Assembly: GCA_033764095.1 (NCBI GenBank)
Contig: JANRJF010000244.1
Location: 9,545-73,544, forward strand
Direction: 5' to 3'
From: Deltaproteobacteria bacterium
GTDB taxonomy: Bacteria; Desulfobacterota; Binatia; HRBIN30; CADEER01
Length of the DNA stretch: 64,000 nucleotides
The translations under genes and the position numbers were made by a program. The notes under the pieces are model-generated. The model was given only the letters and a program-made list of their open reading frames with translations, made no database searches and was not told the origin of the DNA. Below are positions 8,994 through 17,629 of the stretch, piece by piece (the stretch's first letter is position 1; each line of letters starts with the position of its first letter).

Positions 8994-9998
8994 TCAGCCG
9001 CCGAGCACGCCTGGATTGGCGACGTAGGGCGGGCGTCCGCCGCCGAGCCAGGCCTCGATGCCGTCCAGGATCAGGTCGGTCTGATGGCGCACGACGTCGC
9101 GCGTCGCACCGCCCAGATGCGGCGCCACCAACACGTTGGGCAGCTGCACGTAACGATTCTCCGGCCGCACCGGCTCGTCGGCGAAGACGTCGAGCGCAGC
9201 GCCGGCGAGGTGGCCGTCGCACAGTGCGGCATAGAGCGCGTCGTCGTCGACGATCGCGGCGCGCGCCAGGTTGAGGAAGTAGGCGCCGCGCTTCATCGAC
9301 CGAATGCGCTCACGGGTGATCAGGCCGTAGTTCTCCGGCGTGTCGGGGCAGTGCAGGGTGAAGACGTCCGCCTGCCGGATGACGTCGTCGAGGCCGAGCG
9401 GCTCCGCGCCGGCGGCGCGCACCGCGGCCGCATCGACGAATGGGTCGTACACCACGACGCGGCTGCCGAAGGCGCGCACGCGTTGCACGACGCGGTGGCC
9501 GATGGCGCCGAAGCCGACGACGCCGACGGTGACGCCGTTCAGCTCGAAGCCGCCGTAGGTGCTGTAGGCGCTGAGATAGTCCTTGGTGCCGGTGAACGTC
9601 ATCTGCCCCGACTTGAGCAGGTGGTTGACCGTGTAGATGTGCCGCGCCAGCGCCAGCATGAACCCGAGCGTGAGGTCGGCGACCGCGTCGGCATTGCGCC
9701 CGGGCGCGAACAGCACCGGAATGCCGAGCGCGGTGGCGCGCGCCAGGCCGACGTTGATGGGATCGCCACGGCAGCAGCCGATCAGCCGCAGCCGGGTGTT
9801 GTCGAGCACCTCGTCGTGCACCAGGTCGGCCTCGACGATCAGCACGTCGGCGCCGATCTCGCCGATGCGCTGCGCGAACTGCGCGCCGTCGAAGTAGATG
9901 GTCTGCTTCTCGCGCCAGTCCTCGTGCACCACCTCCATGTGCTGGCCCAGGCGCCGCAGGCCCTCCGGGGTGAACGAGGCGGTGATGAAGGCCTTCAC
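8994..9998 (-). CDS. D-isomer-specific 2-hydroxyacid dehydrogenase (NAD-binding)
   Basis: GVVGFGAIGHRVV Rossmann motif and catalytic-region similarity (…PHLGGAT…). The GTG start overlaps the tetR stop (GTGA at 9995-9998). Confidence 0.8.
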   Translation of the reverse strand: MKAFITASFTPEGLRRLGQHMEVVHEDWREKQTIYFDGAQFAQRIGEIGADVLIVEADLVHDEVLDNTRLRLIGCCRGDPINVGLARATALGIPVLFAPGRNADAVADLTLGFMLALARHIYTVNHLLKSGQMTFTGTKDYLSAYSTYGGFELNGVTVGVVGFGAIGHRVVQRVRAFGSRVVVYDPFVDAAAVRAAGAEPLGLDDVIRQADVFTLHCPDTPENYGLITRERIRSMKRGAYFLNLARAAIVDDDALYAALCDGHLAGAALDVFADEPVRPENRYVQLPNVLVAPHLGGATRDVVRHQTDLILDGIEAWLGGGRPPYVANPGVLGG

Positions 9999-10648
9999 GG
10001 GTGTTTCCTCTTCTCGGCGCGGATCAGCATGTGCACCAGGTTGATGACGTGCGGCCGCAGGCGGTCGCGCAGGGCCGGGCTGCGCACGCTGCCGCCCAGC
10101 AGGTTGGCGAACTGCTGGCTGTCGAGCATGAACAGCAGCAGCACCGAATGCACGGTCAGCATGAAGATCGGCGCGTCCTGCTCGTCGACGATGCGGCTCA
10201 GGTCGTACGTCCAGGTGGCGAAGCGTCGCCACGCCGGCAGCAGGATGTCGCGCTCGATCGCGTTGGTGCCCTCGGTCGCCTCGAGCAGGCGCCGCACCAT
10301 CAGCTTCGGGATGTTCGGGTTGTCGGCGAAGAAGTCGAACAGGCGGCCCATCGCGTCGTCGACCACCTGGCGGCTCGCCGGGCGCTCCAGCGACGCCTCC
10401 GGGATCGACGACTGCACGAGCTCGACGATGCGGTCGTAGATGTCCTCGAAAACGGCGAAGTAGAGCGTCTCCTTCGATTCCCAATGGTAGTGCAGACTGG
10501 AGATGTTGACCCCCGCCGCGGCGGCGATCTCGCGCGTCGAGGCGCCCTCGAATCCCTTTGCGGCGAAGACCGCCTCGGCGGCGTTCAGAATGCGCGCTTT
10601 GGTCGAGGCCGGTGCTTCGCGCGCCTTGGTCAGTGCCGAGCGCGACAC
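9995..10648 (-). CDS. TetR/AcrR-family transcriptional regulator
   Basis: N-terminal HTH ARILNAAEAVFAAKGFEGASTREIAAAAGVNISSLHYHW. First gene of a minus-strand four-gene operon. Confidence 0.85.
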   Translation of the reverse strand: MSRSALTKAREAPASTKARILNAAEAVFAAKGFEGASTREIAAAAGVNISSLHYHWESKETLYFAVFEDIYDRIVELVQSSIPEASLERPASRQVVDDAMGRLFDFFADNPNIPKLMVRRLLEATEGTNAIERDILLPAWRRFATWTYDLSRIVDEQDAPIFMLTVHSVLLLFMLDSQQFANLLGGSVRSPALRDRLRPHVINLVHMLIRAEKRKHP

Positions 10649-10802
10649 GGTCGCTCTCCACGAGGGTGCGCTTTAATCATTTGACCGAAACGCTTTACGG
10701 AAAGGGCTGTCGCACTGTCAAGCAAGCATCCGCGGCGCCCGGCATGCGCGCGCGCGGAGGAAAATTGACATCGCATCTGCCCGCGATTAGAGGGACGCCG
10801 CA

Positions 10803-10829
10803 GCGCCGCGCCAGCGGCGCGCGTTTTTT
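10803..10829 (+). terminator. intrinsic-terminator-like hairpin (GCGCCGC-GCCA-GCGGCGC + T6) located 12 nt upstream of an RBS/ATG
   Basis: Perfect 7-bp GC stem, 4-nt loop, then GCG and TTTTTT. Followed by GGAGG at 10832-10836 and ATG at 10842. Confidence 0.5.
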
Positions 10830-10841
10830 CTGGAGGTGTTC

Positions 10842-11057
10842 ATGGACGAGTGGGGCTTGGCCAAGCGCCGCGGTGAGGAAGAAGAGGACGAGTTGGAACG
10901 GGACGAAGACGACGACGCCGAGGAGACCGACGACGCCGACGAGGCGGAGTGGGACGGCGACGAGGACGACGACGACGACGACGACGACGAGGACTGGGAC
11001 GACGACGAGGAAGACGACGACGACGGGGACGACGACGAGGACGAAGAAGAGTGGTGA
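10842..11057 (+). CDS. hyper-acidic small protein (71 aa, about 70% Asp/Glu, four Trp)
   Basis: ATG 5 nt after GGAGG. Sequence MDEWGLAKRRGEEEEDELERDEDDDAEETDDADEAEWDGDEDDDDDDDDEDWDDDEEDDDDGDDDEDEEEW. Opposite-strand ORFs over the same DNA are poly-Ser/Val junk. Confidence 0.45.
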   Translation: MDEWGLAKRRGEEEEDELERDEDDDAEETDDADEAEWDGDEDDDDDDDDEDWDDDEEDDDDGDDDEDEEEW

Positions 11058-11075
11058 TCCCCGCGGCGTGAGCGC

Positions 11076-11522
11076 ATGCGCGCCGTAGTCCAACGGGTTC
11101 TGGAGGCCTCGGTCGAGGTGGCGGAAGTCCGCATCAGCCACATCGGCCGGGGCCTTCTCGTTCTGTTGGGCGTCGCCCACGCGGACGGCGAGGCGGAGGC
11201 GGACTGGATGACCGACAAGCTGCTCGGCCTGCGCATCTTCGCCAACCCGGACGGGAAGTTCGACGCCTCGCTGCTCGACGTCGGCGGCGCTGCGCTGGTG
11301 GTGTCGCAGTTCACGCTCTACGGCGACACCCGCAAGGGCCGGCGGCCCTCGTTCACCGCGGCTGCGCCGCCGGCGCAGGCGGAGCCGCTCTACCGCCGCG
11401 TCGTCGACGGCCTGGCCGCGCGCGGCGTGCCGACCGGCGCCGGCCGTTTCGGCGCCACCATGCAGGTGCACCTGGTGAACGACGGTCCGGTCACGCTGAT
11501 CGTCGATTCCGCCACCGGGTGA
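11076..11522 (+). CDS. dtd: D-aminoacyl-tRNA deacylase
   Basis: 148 aa, MRAVVQRV…[17 protein letters not shown]… matches the Dtd family, including the SQFTL motif. Confidence 0.9.
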   Translation: MRAVVQRVLEASVEVAEVRISHIGRGLLVLLGVAHADGEAEADWMTDKLLGLRIFANPDGKFDASLLDVGGAALVVSQFTLYGDTRKGRRPSFTAAAPPAQAEPLYRRVVDGLAARGVPTGAGRFGATMQVHLVNDGPVTLIVDSATG

Positions 11523-11526
11523 ACCA

Positions 11527-11985
11527 ATGGCGCGCGCCGGCTTCTACGCCATCCACAACTCCAGCATCCGCTTCGGCCGCGACGGGCGCTGGTATGCCGA
11601 TGGCCAGCCGATCACCAACCCGCGCATCGCCGACCTCTTCTCGCGGCACGTGCAGCGCGCCGAGGACGGCACCTATCGCCTGCGCATTGCCGACGAGCAG
11701 GCGACGATCGAGATCGAGGACACCCCGTACGTGGTGATCGCCGCTGGCGAGACGGATGGGGTGGCCTGGATCGAGCTGAACGACCGCAGTCGTGAAGTCC
11801 TCGACCCGACCTCGCTGGCGGTCGGCGCCGACGAGGTGCTCTACTGCCGCGTCAAGGGCGGTCGCGAGCCGGCCCGCTTCCTGCGGCCGGCGTACTACCA
11901 GATCGGCCACCTCATCGACGCCGCGCCGGGCGGTGGCTTCATCGTCCGCAGCGCCGGCGGGACCCATCCGATTGGCCGCCGCTGA
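11527..11985 (+). CDS. DUF1285-family protein
   Basis: 152 aa. FYAIHNSSIRFGRDGRWYADGQPITNPRIADLF resembles DUF1285. Confidence 0.6.
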   Translation: MARAGFYAIHNSSIRFGRDGRWYADGQPITNPRIADLFSRHVQRAEDGTYRLRIADEQATIEIEDTPYVVIAAGETDGVAWIELNDRSREVLDPTSLAVGADEVLYCRVKGGREPARFLRPAYYQIGHLIDAAPGGGFIVRSAGGTHPIGRR

Positions 11986-11998
11986 GTCGACCCCGGGG

Positions 11999-12460
11999 CT
12001 GCACGTCGTCCTGGTGCAGCCAGAGATCCCGCCCAATACCGGCAGCATCGCGCGCCTCTGCGCCGCGACGCGGACGCGGCTGCACCTGGTGCGGCCGCTC
12101 GGCTTCTCGCTCGAGGACCGCTACCTGCGGCGCGCCGGGCTGGACTACTGGCCGCACGTCGATCTGCACGTCCACGACGATTGGCAGGCCTACCTCGCCG
12201 CCGCGCAGCCGCGCCACGCGCTGGCGTTCTCCGCCCGCGCGACGCGCTCGTACGTCAGCGCACCGCTGCGCGAGACGCCGCTGCACCTGGTCTTCGGCGG
12301 CGAGACGCGCGGCCTGCCGGACGCGATTCGCGATGCCTATGCCGCGGCGCTGTTCCGCATCCCGCACTTCAGTCCGCACGTGCGCAGCCTCAACCTGTCC
12401 AACGCCGTGTCGATCGTCGTCTACGAGGCGTTGCGCCAGCAGGGTCGGCTCGACGCCTGA
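11999..12460 (+). CDS. trmL: tRNA (cytidine/uridine-2'-O)-methyltransferase TrmL (SpoU family); start codon uncertain (CTG 11999 or ATT 11972)
   Basis: LHVVLVQPEIPPNTGSIARLC…LVFGGETRGLP…SLNLSNAVSIVVYEALRQ are SpoU/TrmL motifs. No ATG/GTG in frame after the upstream stop. Confidence 0.7.
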   Translation: MHVVLVQPEIPPNTGSIARLCAATRTRLHLVRPLGFSLEDRYLRRAGLDYWPHVDLHVHDDWQAYLAAAQPRHALAFSARATRSYVSAPLRETPLHLVFGGETRGLPDAIRDAYAAALFRIPHFSPHVRSLNLSNAVSIVVYEALRQQGRLDA

Positions 12461-12500
12461 GGCCTGGCATCGACACGGGCGCGGGGCTAGGGTCGCGGTC

Positions 12501-12761
12501 GTGGACGACGTACGCTTCGCCGAGAGCGAGTTCCTGGTCGGGTGGTGCGCAATCTGCGCTCGCGACGTGCTGACCTATCCGGATGCCGAGACGGCCGAGG
12601 GCGTCCAACGCTGCGTCCACTGCGAGCAGCGCGTCAGTCGCCTGCGCCCTGCCACCGGCGAGACCCTGCCCGAGCACGGCTACGACCTGCTGGAAGAGGG
12701 CGGCTGCGGCCGGCCCGACTGCGGCGGCGGCAAGTGCGGCAGCCGCGGCGCCACGCACTGA
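12501..12761 (+). CDS. small Cys-rich (putative zinc-ribbon) protein
   Basis: GTG start. CAIC…CVHC pairs plus CGRPDCGGGKC. Immediately upstream of the transglutaminase-like gene. Confidence 0.3.
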   Translation: MDDVRFAESEFLVGWCAICARDVLTYPDAETAEGVQRCVHCEQRVSRLRPATGETLPEHGYDLLEEGGCGRPDCGGGKCGSRGATH

Positions 12762-12786
12762 GCAGCCGCGGCGCCACGCACTGAGC
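12741..12786. repeat. perfect 23-bp tandem duplication (AGCCGCGGCGCCACGCACTGAGC ×2) spanning the stop codon of the Cys-rich ORF
   Basis: Read directly: 12741-12763 equals 12764-12786. Confidence 0.85.
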
Positions 12787-12844
12787 GGCGCGTCGCCGGT
12801 AATCGGCGTGGCAGCGCCCTGATCGCTGTGGCAGCATCGTCGCC

Positions 12845-14314
12845 ATGCTGCGCAGCGTCCGTTTTGGCGTGGTCGTGGTCTGGGCGGCGCTGTTGATTGC
12901 CCTGGCGCGCTCGCAGATGCCGCCGGCCGCCACCCCGCCGGCGGATCCAGCTGCGCTACCGGTCGCCGGCGACAGCGCCGCGGCCGAGGACGCCTGGAGC
13001 GGGCTCTACATGCAGGGGCACAAGGTCGGCTACGCGCACAGCCGCACCGCGCCGAGGGACGGCGGCTACCGGCTGGACGAAACCTCGGTCATGCGCCTGC
13101 GGGTGCTCGACAGCGAGCAGACGATCCGCGCCGTCATCGACGCCGACACCGGCGCCGACTGGGCGGTGCGCCGCTTCGCGGTCAATCTCGACACCGACCT
13201 CGGCGCCTTCGACGTGCGCGGCAGCGTCGCCGGCGACACGCTGACCCTGGCGATGCGCTCCGGCGGCGAGACCACCGAGCAGCGCGTGCCAATCAGCGAG
13301 CCGATCTACCTGCCGAGCGCGGCGCGCGCCGCGGCGGTGGCGCGCGGCCTGCGTGAGGGCGCGACCTTCACCGTGCGGGTGTTCGACCCGTCCGCGCTGG
13401 AGCACCAGCCGATGACCATCCGCGTGCTCGGTCGCGAGTCGCTCTCAGTCGACGGCGTCGCGCAGCCGGCCTGGAAGTTGCGCGAGTCGTTCCGCGGCAT
13501 CGAGTCGACCGTCTGGCTCGATGCGGCCGGCAAGACGCTGCGCGAGGAAGGGCCGATGGGACTGGTGACGGTGCGCGAGAGCGCCACGCAGGCGATGAAC
13601 GAGGGGTGGGCGACGGCGCCGTTCGACCTGATGGCGGCGGTCGCGGTGCGTCCGGCGCAGCCGATCTCCGACCCGCGCCAGCGCGACGAGCTGCGCCTGC
13701 GCGTCGGCGGGCTCGAGTCGGTGGCCGTGCCGACCGACGCGCGCCAGACGTTGCATGACGGGACGTTGACCGTTCGTCGCGAGCCCGGCGGAGCGGCGAG
13801 CTACACCCTGCCGTACGCCGGCGACCAGTGGCGCGGCGAGCTGGCGGCGACGCCGTTCCTGCAGATCGACCATCCGTCGGTGCAGGCGGCGGCGGGCGAG
13901 GCGCTCGGCGACGAACGCGATGCGCGCCGCGCCGCCGAGCGATTGCGCCGCTGGGTGTACGGGGCGCTGGAGAAGCGCCCGGCGGCAACCATCCCGAATG
14001 CCGTTCAGGTGCTGCAGACGCGCGCCGGCGACTGCAACGAGCACGCCGTGCTGTTCGCCGCGCTGGCGCGCGCCGCCGGCCTGCCGGCGCGCGTCGTCGC
14101 CGGATTGGTCTACGCCGACGGCGTGTTCCTGTACCACGCCTGGGACGAGGTCTGGCTCGGCGACGGCTGGGTCAGCGTCGACGCCGCCTTCGACCAGAGC
14201 CCGGTGGACGTGACGCACATCAAGTTGGTGGAGGGCGGTCCCGAGGCACACGCGGCGTTGGTGCCGGTCATCGGTCGGCTCACGCTCGACGTGCTGCCGG
14301 GGGAGGCGGGGTGA
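12845..14314 (+). CDS. transglutaminase-like domain protein with N-terminal signal/anchor
   Basis: 489 aa. N-terminal hydrophobic VVVVWAALLIALA. C-terminal TGase core GDCNEHAVLFAALARAAGLPARVV…YHAWDEVW…D (Cys-His-Asp). Confidence 0.8.
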   Translation: MLRSVRFGVVVVWAALLIALARSQMPPAATPPADPAALPVAGDSAAAEDAWSGLYMQGHKVGYAHSRTAPRDGGYRLDETSVMRLRVLDSEQTIRAVIDADTGADWAVRRFAVNLDTDLGAFDVRGSVAGDTLTLAMRSGGETTEQRVPISEPIYLPSAARAAAVARGLREGATFTVRVFDPSALEHQPMTIRVLGRESLSVDGVAQPAWKLRESFRGIESTVWLDAAGKTLREEGPMGLVTVRESATQAMNEGWATAPFDLMAAVAVRPAQPISDPRQRDELRLRVGGLESVAVPTDARQTLHDGTLTVRREPGGAASYTLPYAGDQWRGELAATPFLQIDHPSVQAAAGEALGDERDARRAAERLRRWVYGALEKRPAATIPNAVQVLQTRAGDCNEHAVLFAALARAAGLPARVVAGLVYADGVFLYHAWDEVWLGDGWVSVDAAFDQSPVDVTHIKLVEGGPEAHAALVPVIGRLTLDVLPGEAG

Positions 14315-14838
14315 GGCGCGACCGCGGCGGCCTGCCGCCGCTGCATCTGCAGCTCGCCGGGCCCGCAGCGCGACCGAGCGGATTCCCCGATCACGCCTTC
14401 GTGCTGCCGGCGCTCGCCGTCGGCGAGTACCCGACGCCGGAGGACGCCGGCTGGTTGCGCGCGGCGCAGCGCTTCACCGCCGTGGTCTCGCTGCAGGACG
14501 ACGAGGACCTGCGCCGCAAAGGGCTGCACGCGGGCGCGCTCGGCCGCGCCTTCGACGCGGCCGGCCTCGACTGGCTCCGCCATCCGGCCGAGGACGGCAA
14601 CCCGGAGAGCCTGCGTGGCGCGCTCGACGCCGCGGTCGCGTCGGTGCACCGGCACGTGGCGAGCGGCGGGCGCGTCTACCTGCACTGCAATGCCGGCCTC
14701 AATCGGGCCCCGACCGTGGCCATCGCCTATCTGCACGTGCATCGCGGCCTGGACCTGGACGCGGCGCGCGATCGGGTGAAGGCGGTGCGCGCCTGCGTTC
14801 CGTACATGCGCGTGCTGGAGGCGCACTTCGGCGCCTGA
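14311..14838 (+). CDS. dual-specificity (Tyr/Ser/Thr) protein phosphatase
   Basis: GTG overlaps the upstream stop (GTGA). CX5R active site HCNAGLNRAP. Confidence 0.75.
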   Translation: MRRDRGGLPPLHLQLAGPAARPSGFPDHAFVLPALAVGEYPTPEDAGWLRAAQRFTAVVSLQDDEDLRRKGLHAGALGRAFDAAGLDWLRHPAEDGNPESLRGALDAAVASVHRHVASGGRVYLHCNAGLNRAPTVAIAYLHVHRGLDLDAARDRVKAVRACVPYMRVLEAHFGA

Positions 14839-14841
14839 GCC

Positions 14842-15303
14842 TCAGTGTGCGCCGGTGCCGCGGCGCCGCAGCGGCGCTTCGTTGAAGTCGAGCCAGTAGC
14901 GGCCGAGGTGCTGCAGCAGCTCGTTGAAGCGGTCGAAGTCGACCGGCTTGCGGACGTAGCTGTTGACGCCGAGGCGGTACGCCTCCTGGATGTCCTGCTC
15001 CTCGTTGGACAGCGTCAGCACCACCACCGGCAACAGCCGCGTGCGCCCGTCGGCGCGCAGGCGGCGCAGCACTTCGAGCCCGTCGACCTTCGGCAGCTTG
15101 AGGTCGAGCAGCACCAAGTCGGGTTGCAGGTCGACGTTGCGGCCGGTGTAGGCGCCGTTGGCGAACAGGAAGTCGAGCGCCTCGACGCCGTGCCGCACCA
15201 CCACGACCTCGGTGGCGATGCGGTTCTTCTTCAGCGCCCGCATGGTCAGCTCGACGTCGTCGGGATTGTCTTCGACGAGCAGGATCAAGCGGTTGGACGG
15301 CAT
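14842..15303 (-). CDS. single-domain response regulator (CheY-like receiver)
   Basis: 153 aa. LLVEDNPDD…[14 protein letters not shown]…VVVLT…K receiver motifs. No output domain. Confidence 0.85.
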   Translation of the reverse strand: MPSNRLILLVEDNPDDVELTMRALKKNRIATEVVVVRHGVEALDFLFANGAYTGRNVDLQPDLVLLDLKLPKVDGLEVLRRLRADGRTRLLPVVVLTLSNEEQDIQEAYRLGVNSYVRKPVDFDRFNELLQHLGRYWLDFNEAPLRRRGTGAH

Positions 15304-15380
15304 CGCGGTGCTCTCGCTCCTCCCCTGCGATCGCCCCGGGGGCGACGGCCGCGCCTATACAGCAGGTTGTCCCCGCGTGC

Positions 15381-17288
15381 TCAAGCGCGCGCCGCGAGCG
15401 GTCCGGCGATGGGGACGTGAATGCGGAAATTGGCGCCGCGGCCGGGCGCGCTGCTCACCTCGATCTCGGCGCCGAGCACGGTGGCGAGGCGCTTGACGAT
15501 GTAGAGCCCGAGGCCGACGCCACCCGGCGCGCGCTCGCCATCCGGCGCCTGACGGAACATCTCGAAGATCTCCGACAGGTGCTCGGCCTTGATCCCCATG
15601 CCCGAGTCCTGCACGACGAAGGTGAGGATCTGGCGATCGGCGGGCGCCGACACCGACACCGTCACCATGCCGTGATGGGTGAACTTGAGCGCGTTGTGGA
15701 TCAGGTTGCGCAACAGGATCTGCAGCTTGCTCGGATCGGTGCGGATCGGCGGCAGGCCGGGCGCGATACGCCAGTTGAGCTCCACCGACGGCTTGCGCCA
15801 GGCGGGCGGGATCTGCACCTGCAGCTGCTCGAAGATCTGGCCGACGGTGATGTCGCGCAGGTCGACGGTCATCAGGCCGCGCTCCAGGCGGCTCATGTCG
15901 AGCGTCGCCTGGATCAGTTCCAGCAGTTGCAGCGCCTGCGTGCGCACCGTGCCGAGGGTGTCGATGTGGTCCTGCTCGAGGTCGCCGAAGGCGCCCTCGA
16001 GCTGCAGGTCGGTGTAGCCGATGATGACGTTCAGCGGCGTGCGCAGCTCGTGCGACATCGTCGCCATGAACTCTTCCTTGAGCTGGTTGGCGGACTGCAG
16101 GTCGGCGATCAGGTTGGCGTGGTCGAGCGCCGCCGAGGCGTGGACGGCAATCCCCGCCAGGATGCGCGAGTCGCGCGCCGCGAACGCCGCCTGCTTCTCG
16201 CCGCGCGCCGCGAACAACAGGCCGCGCAACTGGTCGCCGCGCTGCAGCCGCACGCCGAGCAGGCCGCTCGCCTTCCAGCGTTGCAGGAGGCCGCGCAGCA
16301 TCGGCTCGCGCACGCTCGCCGGGGACAGCTGGAAGACCTCGCCGGAGCGTGCCTGCACCAGGGTCGGCACCGTCTCCGGCCGCACCTCGACCTGGCGCAG
16401 GTCGGTGCCGCCGAGTGCGTGCGGGCCGTGGATGGCGCCGACCCGGAAGGTCTCGCTGGCGTCGTCCCAGAGCAGCAGCGCGGTGCCGATGGCGCGCAGC
16501 TGACAGCCGGTGCCGCGCGCGATCTGGTCGGCGATGGCGCCCGGGTCGAGCGCCGAGGTGATGCCGTTGGCCACCTCCAGCACCGCGGTCGCCACCTCGG
16601 TGGTTTCCTTGATCGCGACGTTCTCGCTCTCCAGGCGCTGGCCGGCCTCGCGCAGCCGCTCGTGCTCGCCGGCGACGCGCGCCTCGGTGCGCCGCACGCG
16701 CTGCGTGGCGGCGAACATGACGGCACTGCTCAGTCCCAGCGCGACGAACACGACCAGCGCCGGCGGCGCGCCGAGTGCCGGCAATCCGCCGGCTGCCTGC
16801 GCCACGGCGAATCCGCCCGCCAACGCCAGGGCGGTGAGCGGGGCCAGGCCGGGGCGGCGCGGCAGGGCGAGCGCGCTGCCGGCGACCACGGCGCTGAACA
16901 GCAGCGGCAGGACGCCGTCCGGCAGCGGCTGACGACTGAGCAGATAGCTTGCGCCGCCGAGCGGTACGAGGGCGAGCTCAGGCGTGACCAGGCGCAGCGC
17001 CAGCGGCTTCAGCGCCGGCCCGACGATCACCGCCGCAGCGGCGAACAGCGCGGCCGCCGCCAGCGCCACCGGTAGGCCGCCGCGCAGGGTGAACGAGAGC
17101 TCGATCTGCGAGGCGAGTGCCGCCAGCGCCAGCGCGATGAGCAGCATCGGCACGGCGCCCAGGCCGCGGCGCTCGACCGGGCGGGGCGGCGCACTGGCGG
17201 CGTCCCAGGCGAGTTGCGGGCGCTCGACCGAAGGGACCTCGGCAGACGCGCGCTCCGCCGCACGTGGAATCTTGGTCACCACCGCCAT
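15381..17288 (-). CDS. sensor histidine kinase (multi-TM N-terminus, GAF-like, HisKA, HATPase_c); exact start uncertain
   Basis: H-box MSHELRTPLN, N-box NLIHNALKFT, and G-boxes DSGMGI / GGVGLGL. Hydrophobic N-terminal third. Confidence 0.85.
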   Translation of the reverse strand: MAVVTKIPRAAERASAEVPSVERPQLAWDAASAPPRPVERRGLGAVPMLLIALALAALASQIELSFTLRGGLPVALAAAALFAAAAVIVGPALKPLALRLVTPELALVPLGGASYLLSRQPLPDGVLPLLFSAVVAGSALALPRRPGLAPLTALALAGGFAVAQAAGGLPALGAPPALVVFVALGLSSAVMFAATQRVRRTEARVAGEHERLREAGQRLESENVAIKETTEVATAVLEVANGITSALDPGAIADQIARGTGCQLRAIGTALLLWDDASETFRVGAIHGPHALGGTDLRQVEVRPETVPTLVQARSGEVFQLSPASVREPMLRGLLQRWKASGLLGVRLQRGDQLRGLLFAARGEKQAAFAARDSRILAGIAVHASAALDHANLIADLQSANQLKEEFMATMSHELRTPLNVIIGYTDLQLEGAFGDLEQDHIDTLGTVRTQALQLLELIQATLDMSRLERGLMTVDLRDITVGQIFEQLQVQIPPAWRKPSVELNWRIAPGLPPIRTDPSKLQILLRNLIHNALKFTHHGMVTVSVSAPADRQILTFVVQDSGMGIKAEHLSEIFEMFRQAPDGERAPGGVGLGLYIVKRLATVLGAEIEVSSAPGRGANFRIHVPIAGPLAARA

Positions 17289-17526
17289 GACGCGGCCGAC
17301 ATGTGCCAGGAGCGTGCCATGCGGATGCCCACCTCGCCGATCCCCTCCGGCGCCGCGTCATGCGGGCTTGGCGGGCTCTTTGTCGCCGCGAATCCGGTGC
17401 CGCTCCGCGCGTTCGCGTCAAAATCGGCGCGACATGCTGCTTTGTTGACGCCGTGTGCGGCGCCATGCGCCGTCGCAATGTTGACTCGTGCGAGGTGCCC
17501 AGCTACGAAGGGCGTGCCTTTAACTT

Positions 17527-17626
17527 GGTCCGGTGAGGCCAGAAAGGGTTTCGATGTTCCACCTCAGCAACTTCCACGACAGGACACTCGACTAGAGCCC
17601 CCTCGGCGGCGAGGGGGCTTTTTTTT
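17527..17626 (+). promoter_or_regulatory. PyrR-dependent transcription attenuator (PyrR-binding loop + intrinsic terminator overlapping the pyrR RBS)
   Basis: GGUCCGGUGAGGCCAGAAAGGG resembles the PyrR binding-loop consensus (UCCnGaGAGGc). Terminator AGCCCCCTCG-GCGG-CGAGGGGGCT + T8 at 17596-17626. Its 3' arm GAGGGGG serves as SD 12 nt before the pyrR ATG. Confidence 0.6.
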
Positions 17627-17629
17627 GCC

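Noticed and set aside
10836-11057. Possibility that the GAC/GAG-rich stretch is a non-coding simple repeat
   Set aside because: The sequence is not a strict tandem repeat. Codons vary (GAC/GAG/GAA/GAT) with interspersed TGG, GGC and AAG codons, and it is bounded by a canonical RBS/ATG and a stop. Kept as a CDS at moderate confidence rather than a repeat.
10787-11314. Poly-Ser ORF (…SSSSSSSSPSSSSSSSS…) on the minus strand opposite the acidic ORF
   Set aside because: It is the reverse-frame reading of the GAC/GAG-rich acidic ORF. It has no RBS and no plausible start context. Only the + strand acidic frame has GGAGG-ATG support.
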